64,000 bases of DNA from an uncultured Rikenellaceae bacterium (GTDB lineage Bacteria; Bacteroidota; Bacteroidia; Bacteroidales; VadinHA17). Where the stretch lies: the NCBI GenBank assembly GCA_964399575.1, contig CAYNRI010000003.1:8-64007 (forward strand), written 5' to 3'. Position 1 is the first letter of the stretch. Each line of letters begins with the position of its first letter. A model generated the notes under the pieces. The model was not told the DNA's origin, made no database searches, and saw nothing but the letters and a program-made list of their open reading frames with translations. This document shows, one piece after another, positions 8,073-18,640 of the stretch. The position numbers were made by a program, and so were the translations under genes.

Positions 8073-9412
8073 AGGTCTTTAATAAGAATGTTTGAACCTG
8101 ATTTAGTAGTCAGACGTTCATATTTCTCAAGAATACCAATAACCTTGTCATATTCTTTGCTCTTGACCGCCATTCTTCTGGCCACTCCTTTCCGGTCAAG
8201 CCTGGCCAAAACAAAACTCACGGTAAGTTTATTAATATCAATTGCCGGCTGATACAATCTTTCTTTCTGTTCATTCTCGTGGATAATTGAAACAAGTGAA
8301 GCTCCGCTCAGGTCATCGAGGATATCCCTGGCAAGCCTTACGGGTATCTTAAGCGATTTGCTTATTCTTTCAGCACTTATTGGTCTCTCTCCCGAGGAGA
8401 AATTACGGATTATCATATGGAGTATCATAAGAACCAGTGCGCGTTTCTGAAAATGACTGATATTCAACGCTTCAGATTCAAATTCATACCTTGACACATT
8501 CTGATTTGCAAAGGACAGCTCCGCCCCAAGAAGTATTGTTATCCAGGCAGTCTGCAGAAAGATTATGAATAGTGGAATTGCAGCAAGTCCCCCGTAAATG
8601 AAATTAAGCTTGGTTATTCCAAACTGGAGATCCATATAAAGCCACTGAAGGATCTTAAGAAAGGTCCCTGCGATTATTCCTGATACCAATGCAGGAACGA
8701 ACTTGACCTTCACATTGGGCATTATTATGAACAGAAGGGTAAGCACTATCCAGGTAAGCAGATAAGGTATAAACTGGAGCAGAGAACTTACTACCGGTTT
8801 GAAATAAGTCAGGATTGAAGCCTGATTCAGGAACTCATTCAGGTTTTTGCTTATAATGAAAGTAATACTGCTTGAAAGGATAAGAAATATCGGGGCGACA
8901 AGCATTATTGTAAGGTAATCAGTGAATTTCCGGTACCAGGCCCTTGATGAAGATACCTGCCATATATGATTGAATGAGTTCTCTATCTGCGACAGAAGTG
9001 ATATCACTGACCAGAATAGGATTATTATGCCGACGCCTGCAATATATTCACCCTGTGTTCCCTGTATTGTCATTTTTGCCCTTTCGAGCAAAGGCGTCAG
9101 CATCTCATTGTATGTCTCAAATTCCTTTGTGCGCGTAATAATTGCTATCAGATTCTGATCCAGACCAAATCCTTTTGCTATTGCTAGTCCGATAGCAACA
9201 ACAGGGAGTATCGAAATGAGGGTATAGAAAGTAAGAGCTGAAGCCCGCAATTCGACCTTATCTTTAAGAAAGCCCCGGGCGGCAATAACTATTATTCTGA
9301 GTTGTTTTATCAGGAAGGTCCTGGGCATAGATAATTCCGAGAGAGGAGTATGCCATATTTCATCATTTAACCTTTTTACCTGGTCGACTGCCCATTTTAG
9401 CGGATTTGTCAT
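8069..9412 (-). CDS. YihY/BrkB-family membrane protein with a C-terminal soluble winged-helix-like extension
   Basis: It has a multi-pass membrane core with YihY-like segments (ASALTFYTLISILPVVAIGLAI...LLGAELSF). The last 145 aa or so are soluble and resemble Rrf2-type wHTH (ISAERISKSLKIPVRLARDILDDLSGASLV). Confidence 0.7.
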   Translation of the reverse strand: MTNPLKWAVDQVKRLNDEIWHTPLSELSMPRTFLIKQLRIIVIAARGFLKDKVELRASALTFYTLISILPVVAIGLAIAKGFGLDQNLIAIITRTKEFETYNEMLTPLLERAKMTIQGTQGEYIAGVGIIILFWSVISLLSQIENSFNHIWQVSSSRAWYRKFTDYLTIMLVAPIFLILSSSITFIISKNLNEFLNQASILTYFKPVVSSLLQFIPYLLTWIVLTLLFIIMPNVKVKFVPALVSGIIAGTFLKILQWLYMDLQFGITKLNFIYGGLAAIPLFIIFLQTAWITILLGAELSFANQNVSRYEFESEALNISHFQKRALVLMILHMIIRNFSSGERPISAERISKSLKIPVRLARDILDDLSGASLVSIIHENEQKERLYQPAIDINKLTVSFVLARLDRKGVARRMAVKSKEYDKVIGILEKYERLTTKSGSNILIKDL

Positions 9413-9473
9413 TCTGATCTTTAATTAATTCAGGTAAAAATCTTATTGTCAAAGCATATATTCTGAGATTTGA

Positions 9474-10409
9474 TCAGAATATCGGTAAAATATTCCTTCT
9501 TCTGTGAATTTCGCGAAAAGTACAGAACATGCACACCTTGTAAAGACTGAACAGTATCAGTGAAGGATCAGGTGAGTCAAGCCTGAGCTCCATCTTTTCC
9601 TTATACCTGATATAAAAGCCTGCAAGGAATAAAGTAAGCCTGAACAGGGAAAGCCTGTTGTAAAGCCTCAGTATTCTTACAGTTGATGAAAATGTTCTTT
9701 TATCAGTTACGCTGTCGTATAAACGGCTCAGATTCTCCAGACCAAGTTTGGTCTTATTAAGGAATTCCTTGTTCGATTCCAGTCCTTCATGAAAAAGCCC
9801 ATTATCTATATGAAGTATGCTAATACCGGCTTTCTTAAGCTGATAACTAAGCAAAGTATCTTCAAATCCGTATTGTTTGAGCTCTTCGTTAAACCTTATT
9901 TTGGAAAAAACGGCCCTGTCTATCAACACATTAAAAGTAGAGAAGAAAGTATAAGGATGCTTTTCACGTTCAGCAGCCTTGCGTTGATTCCTCTTCCATC
10001 CCACTTTCCATCTTAAGATCTTGTCAGGGTCGCCAGGCGGCGATTTATGATAAAGGATGCCTCCGCAAATTACTCTGGCTTTTGACATAAACGGCAGCCA
10101 TTTACTAATATAAGCCTCCGCAGTACCTGGGATCATTGCGTCAGCATCAATGAAAAGAAGATAATCACCTTTAGCCTCAAGTGCAAGCTTATTGCGTATT
10201 GCAGCCCTGCCAATATTTTTTTCCGATACTATCAGCCTGACACCGGGTTCTTCAAGCGACTTGTATTTATTTTTGAAATCAGGAGACGAACCATCATCGC
10301 CGATCAGTATCTCAATGAATTCAGGGATTTTTCCGATACAGCTTTTCATGCTGTGGACTAGTGCCACAATATCGTAATCACAAACCGGAATAAGTAATGA
10401 GATTGTCAT
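9474..10409 (-). CDS. glycosyltransferase family 2
   Basis: N-terminal Rossmann-like fold with GDDGSSPD and the FIDADA (DXD-type) motif. Confidence 0.75.
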   Translation of the reverse strand: MTISLLIPVCDYDIVALVHSMKSCIGKIPEFIEILIGDDGSSPDFKNKYKSLEEPGVRLIVSEKNIGRAAIRNKLALEAKGDYLLFIDADAMIPGTAEAYISKWLPFMSKARVICGGILYHKSPPGDPDKILRWKVGWKRNQRKAAEREKHPYTFFSTFNVLIDRAVFSKIRFNEELKQYGFEDTLLSYQLKKAGISILHIDNGLFHEGLESNKEFLNKTKLGLENLSRLYDSVTDKRTFSSTVRILRLYNRLSLFRLTLFLAGFYIRYKEKMELRLDSPDPSLILFSLYKVCMFCTFREIHRRRNILPIF

Positions 10410-10534
10410 CAGAATAACCCTGGAATAACCATGTCAAAAATACAATTAATTTCCAAATATTGTACTCCAATGACTTTGGCAAAGAAATTTCAATGACTAA
10501 TTTTGCCGATATCTATCAAAACAGATAATATAAG

Positions 10535-11953
10535 ATGAAAAAGTTCATCCTTGGAATACCCTTTATATTTCTCGCCTTTTCAGCTTTCTGTCAGCCTAAA
10601 AGCAATTATGAGATTCCTGTGTCAATTACAGGTTTAAGGGACTCTGCAATATTTCTTGCATACCATTTTGGAGACAAGCAATACATAACCGATACAACTA
10701 TCCTTGATGCCAGGGGAAACGGCATTTTCTCAGGAAAAGAGAAACTGGCACATGGGATATATATGATAGTTTTACCCGGTAAAAAATATTTTGAGCTGCT
10801 GATATCTGATGATCAGCATTTCTCTCTGAGTTGTTCCTATAATGATTACTTCAATACACTCAGGTTCACCGGTTCTGATGAAAACACGGCCTTTGTAGCA
10901 TACCAGAAAAAATGGGGTTCACTGCAGCAAAGATCATCATCAAACATAAAACGGCTTCAATCCAACAAAGGTAATCCGGATTCAGTCCGCATTCTGAATG
11001 AAAAACAAAGGATCCTGGAATCTGAAATGAAAGCCTACCTGCAGATTGTTTCTGTTGAAAACAAGGGGAACCTGCTTGGTATTCTTGTTAAATCATTGAT
11101 CCCCATTGAAATACCTGAATTTACAATAGCGGCCGGAACTCATAATCCTGATTCGGTAAGATGGCTAAAAAGATACAACTACAACAAGGATCATTTTTTC
11201 GATAATACAGACCTGACAGATGACAGACTCATAAGAACCCCTATCCTTCAGGCAAGACTTGATGCGTTCTTTACTAATGTCGTCATTCAATCTGCAGATT
11301 CAATAAACAGGGAAATAGATAAGATAATTCAAAAATGCGAATCAAATCCCAAAATGTTCCAGTTCATAGCAGTCTATCTTTTTAATCACTTCAGGGAAAG
11401 CGAAATCATGGGTCATGATGCCGTTCTTGTCAAAATTGCAGATGACATTTATCTTTCCGGCAAAGCAGACTGGATATCAAAAGACTTTAAAAACGATCTC
11501 CAACGGCAGGTTGAACTCTTAAGGCACAATCTGATAGGCATGAAAGCCGAAAATCTTGTAATGGATTCATATAAAGGCATTTATGTATCATTATATGATA
11601 TTGAGAAAGAATTCACAATTATTTATTTCTGGGAACCGAACTGCGGATTTTGTAAGGAATACACTCCAAAACTCAGAGATTATTATCTAAAAGCAAAAAA
11701 TGAAGGTGTAGAAGTGTTTGCAGTCTGTACAATAAGTGATAAGGCAGAATGGAGCAAGTATATTGAAGATAATAAACTTACATGGATCAACGGATGGGAT
11801 CCTGACAGGACCTCGCGCTTTGATTACTTTTATAATGTTCAGAGTACACCAATGTTATATATTCTTGACAAGAATAAGAATATCATTGCCAAGAAGATCT
11901 CGGTTGATGATATACCTTCATTCCTGGAGACCTACAGGAAATATTACAGGTGA
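10535..11953 (+). CDS. exported thioredoxin-fold protein (TlpA/ResA-like, long N-terminal domain)
   Basis: Signal peptide, plus a C-terminal thioredoxin fold with the CXXC motif (FWEPNCGFCKE). Confidence 0.7.
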   Translation: MKKFILGIPFIFLAFSAFCQPKSNYEIPVSITGLRDSAIFLAYHFGDKQYITDTTILDARGNGIFSGKEKLAHGIYMIVLPGKKYFELLISDDQHFSLSCSYNDYFNTLRFTGSDENTAFVAYQKKWGSLQQRSSSNIKRLQSNKGNPDSVRILNEKQRILESEMKAYLQIVSVENKGNLLGILVKSLIPIEIPEFTIAAGTHNPDSVRWLKRYNYNKDHFFDNTDLTDDRLIRTPILQARLDAFFTNVVIQSADSINREIDKIIQKCESNPKMFQFIAVYLFNHFRESEIMGHDAVLVKIADDIYLSGKADWISKDFKNDLQRQVELLRHNLIGMKAENLVMDSYKGIYVSLYDIEKEFTIIYFWEPNCGFCKEYTPKLRDYYLKAKNEGVEVFAVCTISDKAEWSKYIEDNKLTWINGWDPDRTSRFDYFYNVQSTPMLYILDKNKNIIAKKISVDDIPSFLETYRKYYR

Positions 11954-12954
11954 TCAATCCCAGGCCCGGCTTTAAAGGACCTGACAAGATCATACAGATT
12001 ATTAAAATGATGCTGAATACCCCGTGATATAAGCACCCATTGAGCCTTGCCCGGAGATGGTGCAATAATGTAAGGCTCTGTTGGAACCGGACTTGCAGAA
12101 CAGCCAATTCTGCCAAGAGCTTTGCGGGTCCAGTTATAAACGGGTCCTTCCCCCTTAATATATATTGAATCGGAAGATTCCGTTTTTAATGTAAATGTTC
12201 CCTCATTAATATCAAATCCAACTGTAGCTGATCTGAAGAGGCTGTCGAATGATCCTCCAAGGACAAGATCTTCAGGAGCTCCTTCAGCAATTTTGTCTTC
12301 AAGCATCATCCATATTTTATCTGACTGATTGACAGCAATATTGAGATCATGTGTTGAGAAAATTATTGTTTTACCTTCATTTGCAAGATTTAGCATCAGC
12401 TTAATTATATCGAATTTGCTTACTATGTCAAGAAAGGCAGTAGGTTCATCCATTATAAGGATATCCGTATCCTGGGCAAGTATCCTTGCTATCATTGCAC
12501 GCTGACGCTCACCGTCTGAAAGGCTTGAAATGTACCTTTTCTCAAATCCCCGGAGACCTGTTTTCTCAATAGCTTCTTTCACAGCCAGGTATGAATCCCG
12601 GTCTATCCGGCCTAGCCAGTTCGTATGAGGGAATCTCCCGAATGTAACAAGGTCAAAGACTGTCATATTACTTACCCTCACTATTTCAGTTGAGATATAG
12701 CCAATTCTTTTGGCCTTCTGGATGCCTGAAAGGTCTTTCATATCTCTGCCGTCAATCAATACTTTTCCTCCCAGAGCAGGTTGTAATCCCAACAGTGTAC
12801 GCAATAGTGTGCTCTTTCCTATACCGTTCCTTCCTATAACTGCAACGAGCTCTCCTCTGGCTGCTGTTGCAGAAACAGGCGGCAGAAGGCATTTCGTTCC
12901 ATAGCCTATACTGAGTGAATCAAACGACAGCAGTATTTCGTTAAATCTATTCAT
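11944..12954 (-). CDS. btuD: ABC transporter ATP-binding protein, iron-siderophore/cobalamin type, with an 80-aa C-terminal extension
   Basis: Walker A GRNGIGKST, signature LSDGERQR, Walker B ILIMDEPTAFLD. The symbol is assigned from operon context under a B12 riboswitch. Confidence 0.75.
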   Translation of the reverse strand: MNRFNEILLSFDSLSIGYGTKCLLPPVSATAARGELVAVIGRNGIGKSTLLRTLLGLQPALGGKVLIDGRDMKDLSGIQKAKRIGYISTEIVRVSNMTVFDLVTFGRFPHTNWLGRIDRDSYLAVKEAIEKTGLRGFEKRYISSLSDGERQRAMIARILAQDTDILIMDEPTAFLDIVSKFDIIKLMLNLANEGKTIIFSTHDLNIAVNQSDKIWMMLEDKIAEGAPEDLVLGGSFDSLFRSATVGFDINEGTFTLKTESSDSIYIKGEGPVYNWTRKALGRIGCSASPVPTEPYIIAPSPGKAQWVLISRGIQHHFNNLYDLVRSFKAGPGIDHL

Positions 12955-14020
12955 CTCCCAATCCTGATATCTTTTTATTACGGATCACAATCCATATAAC
13001 AATCGGGATACCGATAAGTGCAGTAACTGAATTAACAGGTAACACCCGTTCAGATCCAGGTAACTGAGAGATAATATCACAAAGAAGCATTACAGCTCCT
13101 CCGGTAATAATCGACCCTGGTACAAGGACTTTATGATCTGATGTTCTGAATAAATTTCTCACAACATGGGGGATAGCGATACCTATAAATCCTATCGGAC
13201 CGCAAAAAGCTGTCACGCTCCCTGCTAAAATGCATGAGCAGGAGAAAACAATTATCCTTGCCAGACGGATATTGACCCCTATGCTTGAAGCATAATTTTC
13301 ACCCATCTGCAGGGCGTTCAGGACCTTGATAAGAAATATGCTTAAAATGATCCCGCCAATTACTGTTATCGCCAGGACCTGAAGCTGTCCGGATGACAGA
13401 TTTCCAAGGCTGCCCATAGTCCAAACAACATAGGCTTTCAGCATAGTCTCGCTGCTGAAATACTGTAAAATACTAACAACTGCAGTCAAACCACTGGCAA
13501 GCATTATACCTATTATAAGTATAGTCATGACATCTTTTATCCTTGCAGAAATTGCCATTATAAGTACCATCACGGCTCCGGCTCCAAGCCATGCAGATAA
13601 GGTCAGAACCCAGTTACCCAATGTCATTAGATTTGCTGGTGCGATCCCTGAGTAGAATCCCATTATCACTATTGCCACACCGAGGCTGGCTCCTGAACTC
13701 ACACCAAGTACATAAGGTCCGGCCATGGGATTACGGAAAATTGTTTGCATCTGCAATCCGCTGATTGACAGAGCCATGCCAACAAGAATTGCAGTAACAG
13801 CCTTTGGCAGCCTGAATTTTAAGACTATTGTTGCAATATTACTATCACCATTTCCCAAAAATGCATTTATCACTTCTGAAGGTGCAACAGTGACAGATCC
13901 AAGGAAAATATCGAGGAATAATAACACAAGCAGGAGAAAACAAAGAATAGCAAGAATATATATTCGCCTGCCGTGTTGTGCAGTTAATAAACCTCTTTTA
14001 ATTTGCGTCACTTGTTTCAA
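12947..14020 (-). CDS. btuC: FecCD/BtuC-family ABC permease
   Basis: 357-aa multi-pass membrane protein with FecCD-like Gly-rich helices. Its start overlaps the ATPase gene by 8 nt. Confidence 0.75.
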   Translation of the reverse strand: MKQVTQIKRGLLTAQHGRRIYILAILCFLLLVLLFLDIFLGSVTVAPSEVINAFLGNGDSNIATIVLKFRLPKAVTAILVGMALSISGLQMQTIFRNPMAGPYVLGVSSGASLGVAIVIMGFYSGIAPANLMTLGNWVLTLSAWLGAGAVMVLIMAISARIKDVMTILIIGIMLASGLTAVVSILQYFSSETMLKAYVVWTMGSLGNLSSGQLQVLAITVIGGIILSIFLIKVLNALQMGENYASSIGVNIRLARIIVFSCSCILAGSVTAFCGPIGFIGIAIPHVVRNLFRTSDHKVLVPGSIITGGAVMLLCDIISQLPGSERVLPVNSVTALIGIPIVIWIVIRNKKISGLGDE

Positions 14021-14028
14021 GTATGAGC

Positions 14029-15174
14029 TTATTCTATCGGTCTGTAATATATCAGTTCCTGATCTTCGAAACTTCCGGGATGAAAGATAGAAGCAAGATC
14101 CCTGAGCAGAAGATGAGGACTGAGGGTTCCACTTTCCCAGTAATCATTTCCTCCGCGGGTTGTCACACGTTTATTATTATTAAACAGGCGACCACTTTTA
14201 AAAGCGGGTATTGAACTTAAGCGGGAATCAATTGCCGGAATCTCATTCTTTGATATCACAGCCCCTATGTTAATCCAGTAATCTGCTTCCAGCGAGCGCA
14301 GATATACACTTTCGAGACTTAGAGGCATCGATGCTGATGATTCTGTTTCCTCCCAGAGATATTCGCCTCCTGCATCCTTTATCAGTGTGCTTAGATGAGT
14401 GTTCCCGGGTGACACATACCAGGTATCCCTGAATGGCAATCCGGTAAGCACCTTCGGTCTTACCCTGTTCTCCCGAAGGATCTTGTCCCTGATATCGTTG
14501 TATGATCCCATAACAGATCTGAAAATAGAATCCGCAATCTCTTCCCTGCAAAAAAGTGCTCCGAATAATTTTATCCACTCAGCCTTTCCAAGGGGATCAG
14601 TCTCAAGATAATCGGCATTCAGCATAGTCCTGATTCCCAGCTCCTCAATTTTGCCTGTATATCCTGCTGATTCACTGCCGACACCATACATCATAACAAT
14701 GTCAGGCTTTATTTTAAGTATCAGTTCAGTGTTAAGTGAGTTTTCATAACCAACATCCTGAATCAGGCCTGATTCCGACATCTTAAAAAGATTTTCATCA
14801 AATATAAAATCGGTCCCCGAGAAACCTGCAACTGATTTCTCTTCACCCAGAGCTGCTATCATTGCCAGATGAGTCGTAGACATACATATTATCTTTCTGA
14901 CAGGCACGTAAATTATTGCTGCACTATCTTTTAGCGAAATTGGTTTACTGCCTCTTCTGACAAGGTAATACTTGATTTCAATACCATCAGCACCCTGCCA
15001 TGGATTGAACAGGGTGATCACAGTACAACTGTCGGTCTTATTTATTCCTAATCTTTCAGCTTTCTCAATTATAAAGGAAGATGGCATTTCGGAAGAAGCA
15101 TTATGATCCCTGCCACACGAATTAAATAAAAGAATAATTACAATGAGCCATTTAAAACCGGCGATGCTTTTCAT
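14029..15174 (-). CDS. btuF: periplasmic-binding-protein type 2 lipoprotein (BtuF-like cobalamin/iron-complex binding)
   Basis: Lipoprotein signal (LLFNSCG). PBP fold inferred from size and its position between the TonB receptor and the FecCD permease. Confidence 0.65.
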   Translation of the reverse strand: MKSIAGFKWLIVIILLFNSCGRDHNASSEMPSSFIIEKAERLGINKTDSCTVITLFNPWQGADGIEIKYYLVRRGSKPISLKDSAAIIYVPVRKIICMSTTHLAMIAALGEEKSVAGFSGTDFIFDENLFKMSESGLIQDVGYENSLNTELILKIKPDIVMMYGVGSESAGYTGKIEELGIRTMLNADYLETDPLGKAEWIKLFGALFCREEIADSIFRSVMGSYNDIRDKILRENRVRPKVLTGLPFRDTWYVSPGNTHLSTLIKDAGGEYLWEETESSASMPLSLESVYLRSLEADYWINIGAVISKNEIPAIDSRLSSIPAFKSGRLFNNNKRVTTRGGNDYWESGTLSPHLLLRDLASIFHPGSFEDQELIYYRPIE

Positions 15175-15176
15175 TT

Positions 15177-17084
15177 TTAGCCGTTAAAACTGAATGACAG
15201 TGAAAATAAAAATGATCTTCCGGGCTGAGGATAATATTTTATTGTTTCATAGCTTACGTTGAAAACATTATCTATTCTAAGCGAAAGATCGAGAAGTACA
15301 GGTGAGAGTTCCTTTTTAAAACCGGCTGCAATATTACTGATCGTATAAGCCGGAAGAAACTCACTGTTATCAGCTGTTGTAAAAATCCTGCCTGTCAGAT
15401 CAGTGACCAATGTAGAATAAATGTTTTTAAATGCAAACAGAGCTGACCCATTCAGCTGATGTGCGGGGACATAAATAAGCTGTTTCTTTTCGTCACCTGT
15501 ATTGAGACTAACAGCCTTAACATTGGAATAGGCAGAGCTGATCCTAAGTTGAAGAGCATTTGCCGAATATCTTATGTAAAGTGATGATTCAAAACCTGAA
15601 GTATTAACACGTTCCATATTATCGGCGATCCAGTAAGGAAGTTCAGAAGGACGCCACTGTATCATATCCCTTATATAATTACTGAACCATCCGGCTTCAA
15701 TGCCAATTGATGTGAAAGATGTGATTTTTTGATCCCATTTATATCCTAACTCACAGGAATAAGCATATTCATTTCTGAGATCAGGATTGCCACCCGGGTT
15801 CCAATAGCGGTCGTTAAGAGATGGTATTTTAGAATTCCTTGACAGATTGACTTTTGCATAATGCTCCTTGCCGTGGATCAGGCGGTATTCAAAACCTGCC
15901 GAGAAGTCAGGGACAAGAAGGTTTCCGTCATGCAGAGTTTCTCTCAGGAGGATAGCTGCACCGAAACGTTTGCCCTTTTTCCTTTCTGCCGATACTGTAA
16001 CTGAAGAAACATTCCTTTTGATGCCCTCTGTATAATTATTTGAATTAACAGAACTTAAGTCTTCATTAAGTACTATTTTGAGCTTTGAAAAATCTCCGAT
16101 ATGCCTTGTCAATGTTCCTTTCAGAATCATTGAATTAACCTTATTCCTTGAATCGATAGCATAGAGGTCACTTTTATAGTTCAGGTTAGTTGACAACCAG
16201 GCTGCTGACAATGAGTATTCACTCCTTTCACTGAAGAAGGTGTAGTTTAAAAGGCTTCTGAAAGCATCATCATACTGTTTTTCACCGGAGTAGCCATAGA
16301 GAGTTGATCCCGGGAGATCACGGTCAGCTGACTGATACCAGAAGCGTGCCGAGAGGACATTTCTTGATTTCCTGCTATAAAACTCCTGCATGAAACCTTT
16401 CTGCATCACTTTATTATTCTCCCTCTCCAACCACACTGGTTCGGGGGAAGATTCTGAATCAAGGTATGAAAAATTGTTTTTTGAAGAGTTAAGGAATGCC
16501 CTTGTTACAGACTGAAAATGTTCATTTCCTGCATTTATCCTGGCGAATCCTGCATACCTGCCAAAGCTTCCGAATGCTGGTGTAATTTCAATTGTTTTTA
16601 TTTTTTCCCATTCGGGTTCATTTTCAATATTTATAAGGCCTCCTATCCCGTTATTACCAAGGTCCATTGAAGCTCCTCCAAAGCTTATCATAACATTGTC
16701 GGCAAGGCCGGCCGGGATAAGTGAGAAGTCTGACTGACCCAGCATCGGATCATTTATGTTAATGCCATTCCATGCAAGCTCAGTATGTCCTGCGGATGTT
16801 CCCCTGAATGAAGATGTTGCAGAGCCTCCTGACCCATAGTATTTTATAAATAAAGGAGTGGCTTCATTAAGCAGGTCGTTGAGGGAATGCAAAGAATAAT
16901 ACTTCAGTATAGCTGAATCAATATCATAGAATTTAAACCCGGGTTGTCCGGAGCTTATCTGTTTGGGGCTTATCAGCACCTCCTTAATGTTGAATATCCT
17001 TGTGTCCTGGGAGTCCTGGCTATGAAGCGGGAAAGAGATCATCCCTATAAGCAGAATTACAAATGTCAGACTTTTCAGTTTCAT
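15177..17084 (-). CDS. btuB: TonB-dependent outer-membrane receptor, BtuB-like
   Basis: Signal peptide, plug-domain-like N-terminus and beta-barrel repeats through the C-terminus. It is the first gene after a cobalamin riboswitch. Confidence 0.8.
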   Translation of the reverse strand: MKLKSLTFVILLIGMISFPLHSQDSQDTRIFNIKEVLISPKQISSGQPGFKFYDIDSAILKYYSLHSLNDLLNEATPLFIKYYGSGGSATSSFRGTSAGHTELAWNGININDPMLGQSDFSLIPAGLADNVMISFGGASMDLGNNGIGGLINIENEPEWEKIKTIEITPAFGSFGRYAGFARINAGNEHFQSVTRAFLNSSKNNFSYLDSESSPEPVWLERENNKVMQKGFMQEFYSRKSRNVLSARFWYQSADRDLPGSTLYGYSGEKQYDDAFRSLLNYTFFSERSEYSLSAAWLSTNLNYKSDLYAIDSRNKVNSMILKGTLTRHIGDFSKLKIVLNEDLSSVNSNNYTEGIKRNVSSVTVSAERKKGKRFGAAILLRETLHDGNLLVPDFSAGFEYRLIHGKEHYAKVNLSRNSKIPSLNDRYWNPGGNPDLRNEYAYSCELGYKWDQKITSFTSIGIEAGWFSNYIRDMIQWRPSELPYWIADNMERVNTSGFESSLYIRYSANALQLRISSAYSNVKAVSLNTGDEKKQLIYVPAHQLNGSALFAFKNIYSTLVTDLTGRIFTTADNSEFLPAYTISNIAAGFKKELSPVLLDLSLRIDNVFNVSYETIKYYPQPGRSFLFSLSFSFNG

Positions 17085-17199
17085 AATAACCTGATAATTA
17101 ATAATTTCATCAAAAAGATGACCATCTTCAGGCTGACAGGAGTTTGGTTATTTGAATCAGTTAATGATCCGGCGCTTTTTTTCCCGAAAGCTTTGAATA

Positions 17200-17395
17200 T
17201 GGTTTGTCTGGCAGGTCTTCTGACTTGTCCCGATTTCAGGAAGCCTTCCCATCAGCTTTCAGCTAACAGTGGCAGGTTATCTTGAAACCATCATCACGCA
17301 GAACGCGATCGGGCATCACAGCAGCGGGTACTGTCACGGATTTTTACCGTATTCCCTTTTCATCACAATGATCAAATTTCATTGCGACACCAAAA
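17200..17395 (-). promoter_or_regulatory. cobalamin (B12) riboswitch
   Basis: The minus strand reads GGGAATACGGTAAAAATCCGTGACAGTACCCGCTGCTGTG ... CCTGCCACTG ... AGTCAGAAGACCTGCCAG. These match the conserved GGGAA/GGTxAAAxTCC core, the GCCACTG element and the B12 box. It lies upstream of the TonB receptor. Confidence 0.85.
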
Positions 17396-17488
17396 CGGAT
17401 CAAAGATATGATTAATTAGATAATAAGTGAATAAATGAAACGGATCTAAATATGAACAGGTGTTGATAAAAGAAATATTTTATAGCGA

Positions 17489-18532
17489 TCAGGCATTGCT
17501 TATAGTTCCGCACGAATTCCTGATCACGAGTTCAGGAGCCATGTTCACCTGACGCTTGAATTTACCCTTACCTGAATTCTTTACTTCTGACCAGACCATA
17601 TTTGCGGCTTTTGTTGAAATAGCTGCCAGTGGTTTTCTGAGGCAGGTGACAGGAGTGAAAACCAGATCGAAACCAATCCCCTCCTCCATTGAGATCAATG
17701 CAATATCCTGGGGTATTCTTAGCTTTTTTCTCCGCAATAATGACATTAGGGGATAAACGATCCCTGAGTGGATAGTTATAAAAATATCTGTACGATATGG
17801 GGGCCGGAGGTATTTCTCTACCTGGTCGAAATCCGTCAGTGTTTCCAGAAATGATTTTTCGATTTGAACAATTTCAGGGATGTTTGTTTTCGCGATCCTT
17901 TCTAAAGCATCACTAAGTTCATTAGCAATCAGCATATCACTCTGTAAGGTTTCCCTTTCAGTAATAATAACCACATTCTTGTAACCAAGTTTTTTTATAT
18001 GTTCAGCCACAGTCTGTGATCCTGCCCCTGTGTCAGTGCTGATTGTGTTGAAGCGGCCTGTTTTGAATGATTTTTCGAGTATTATGAAAGGATAATCCGT
18101 TGACCGGAGGGTGCGAATAGTAACGTCATCCGCGGCCTGGCCAACCAGGATAAACCCGCTAAAGAATTTCCTGAAGGCACTTATCATACGGTCAAAGCGC
18201 TGGTCGTCAGTATCACGGGTAATAATTGAAAATCCCACCCCGATACTCATGAATGCCTTCTGTAGGAATGGTGTTATACCAAGAACAAAGGGATCACTGA
18301 GGGAAGGAACTATCATTGCAACTACGCCTGGTTTCTCATCAACAGGATAAGCTGCAACCTTGACATCGGCATCACTGAAAAATCCCATCTGACGGGCAAG
18401 TGCCAGGACTTTCTCCTGCGTATCCTTCCTTATACCATGTTGGTCGGCTTTATTGTTAAGCACCAGTGATACAAGCGTACCTGACACGCCTAATCTGGCT
18501 GCCAGGTCTTTATTTTTGAATTTTTTGGCCAC
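17489..18532 (-). CDS. LacI-family transcriptional regulator
   Basis: N-terminal HTH (KDLAARLGVSGTLVSLVLNN) followed by a periplasmic-binding-like sugar-binding domain. Confidence 0.8.
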   Translation of the reverse strand: MAKKFKNKDLAARLGVSGTLVSLVLNNKADQHGIRKDTQEKVLALARQMGFFSDADVKVAAYPVDEKPGVVAMIVPSLSDPFVLGITPFLQKAFMSIGVGFSIITRDTDDQRFDRMISAFRKFFSGFILVGQAADDVTIRTLRSTDYPFIILEKSFKTGRFNTISTDTGAGSQTVAEHIKKLGYKNVVIITERETLQSDMLIANELSDALERIAKTNIPEIVQIEKSFLETLTDFDQVEKYLRPPYRTDIFITIHSGIVYPLMSLLRRKKLRIPQDIALISMEEGIGFDLVFTPVTCLRKPLAAISTKAANMVWSEVKNSGKGKFKRQVNMAPELVIRNSCGTISNA

Positions 18533-18640
18533 TCCGCAAAGAATATGAAATAAATTTATACTAATTTTTTAACCTGATAAGCAAAAATTAATAAAATTTA
18601 ACTTTTCACCAGGTATTCAAATACATTATTTACAAAAATC

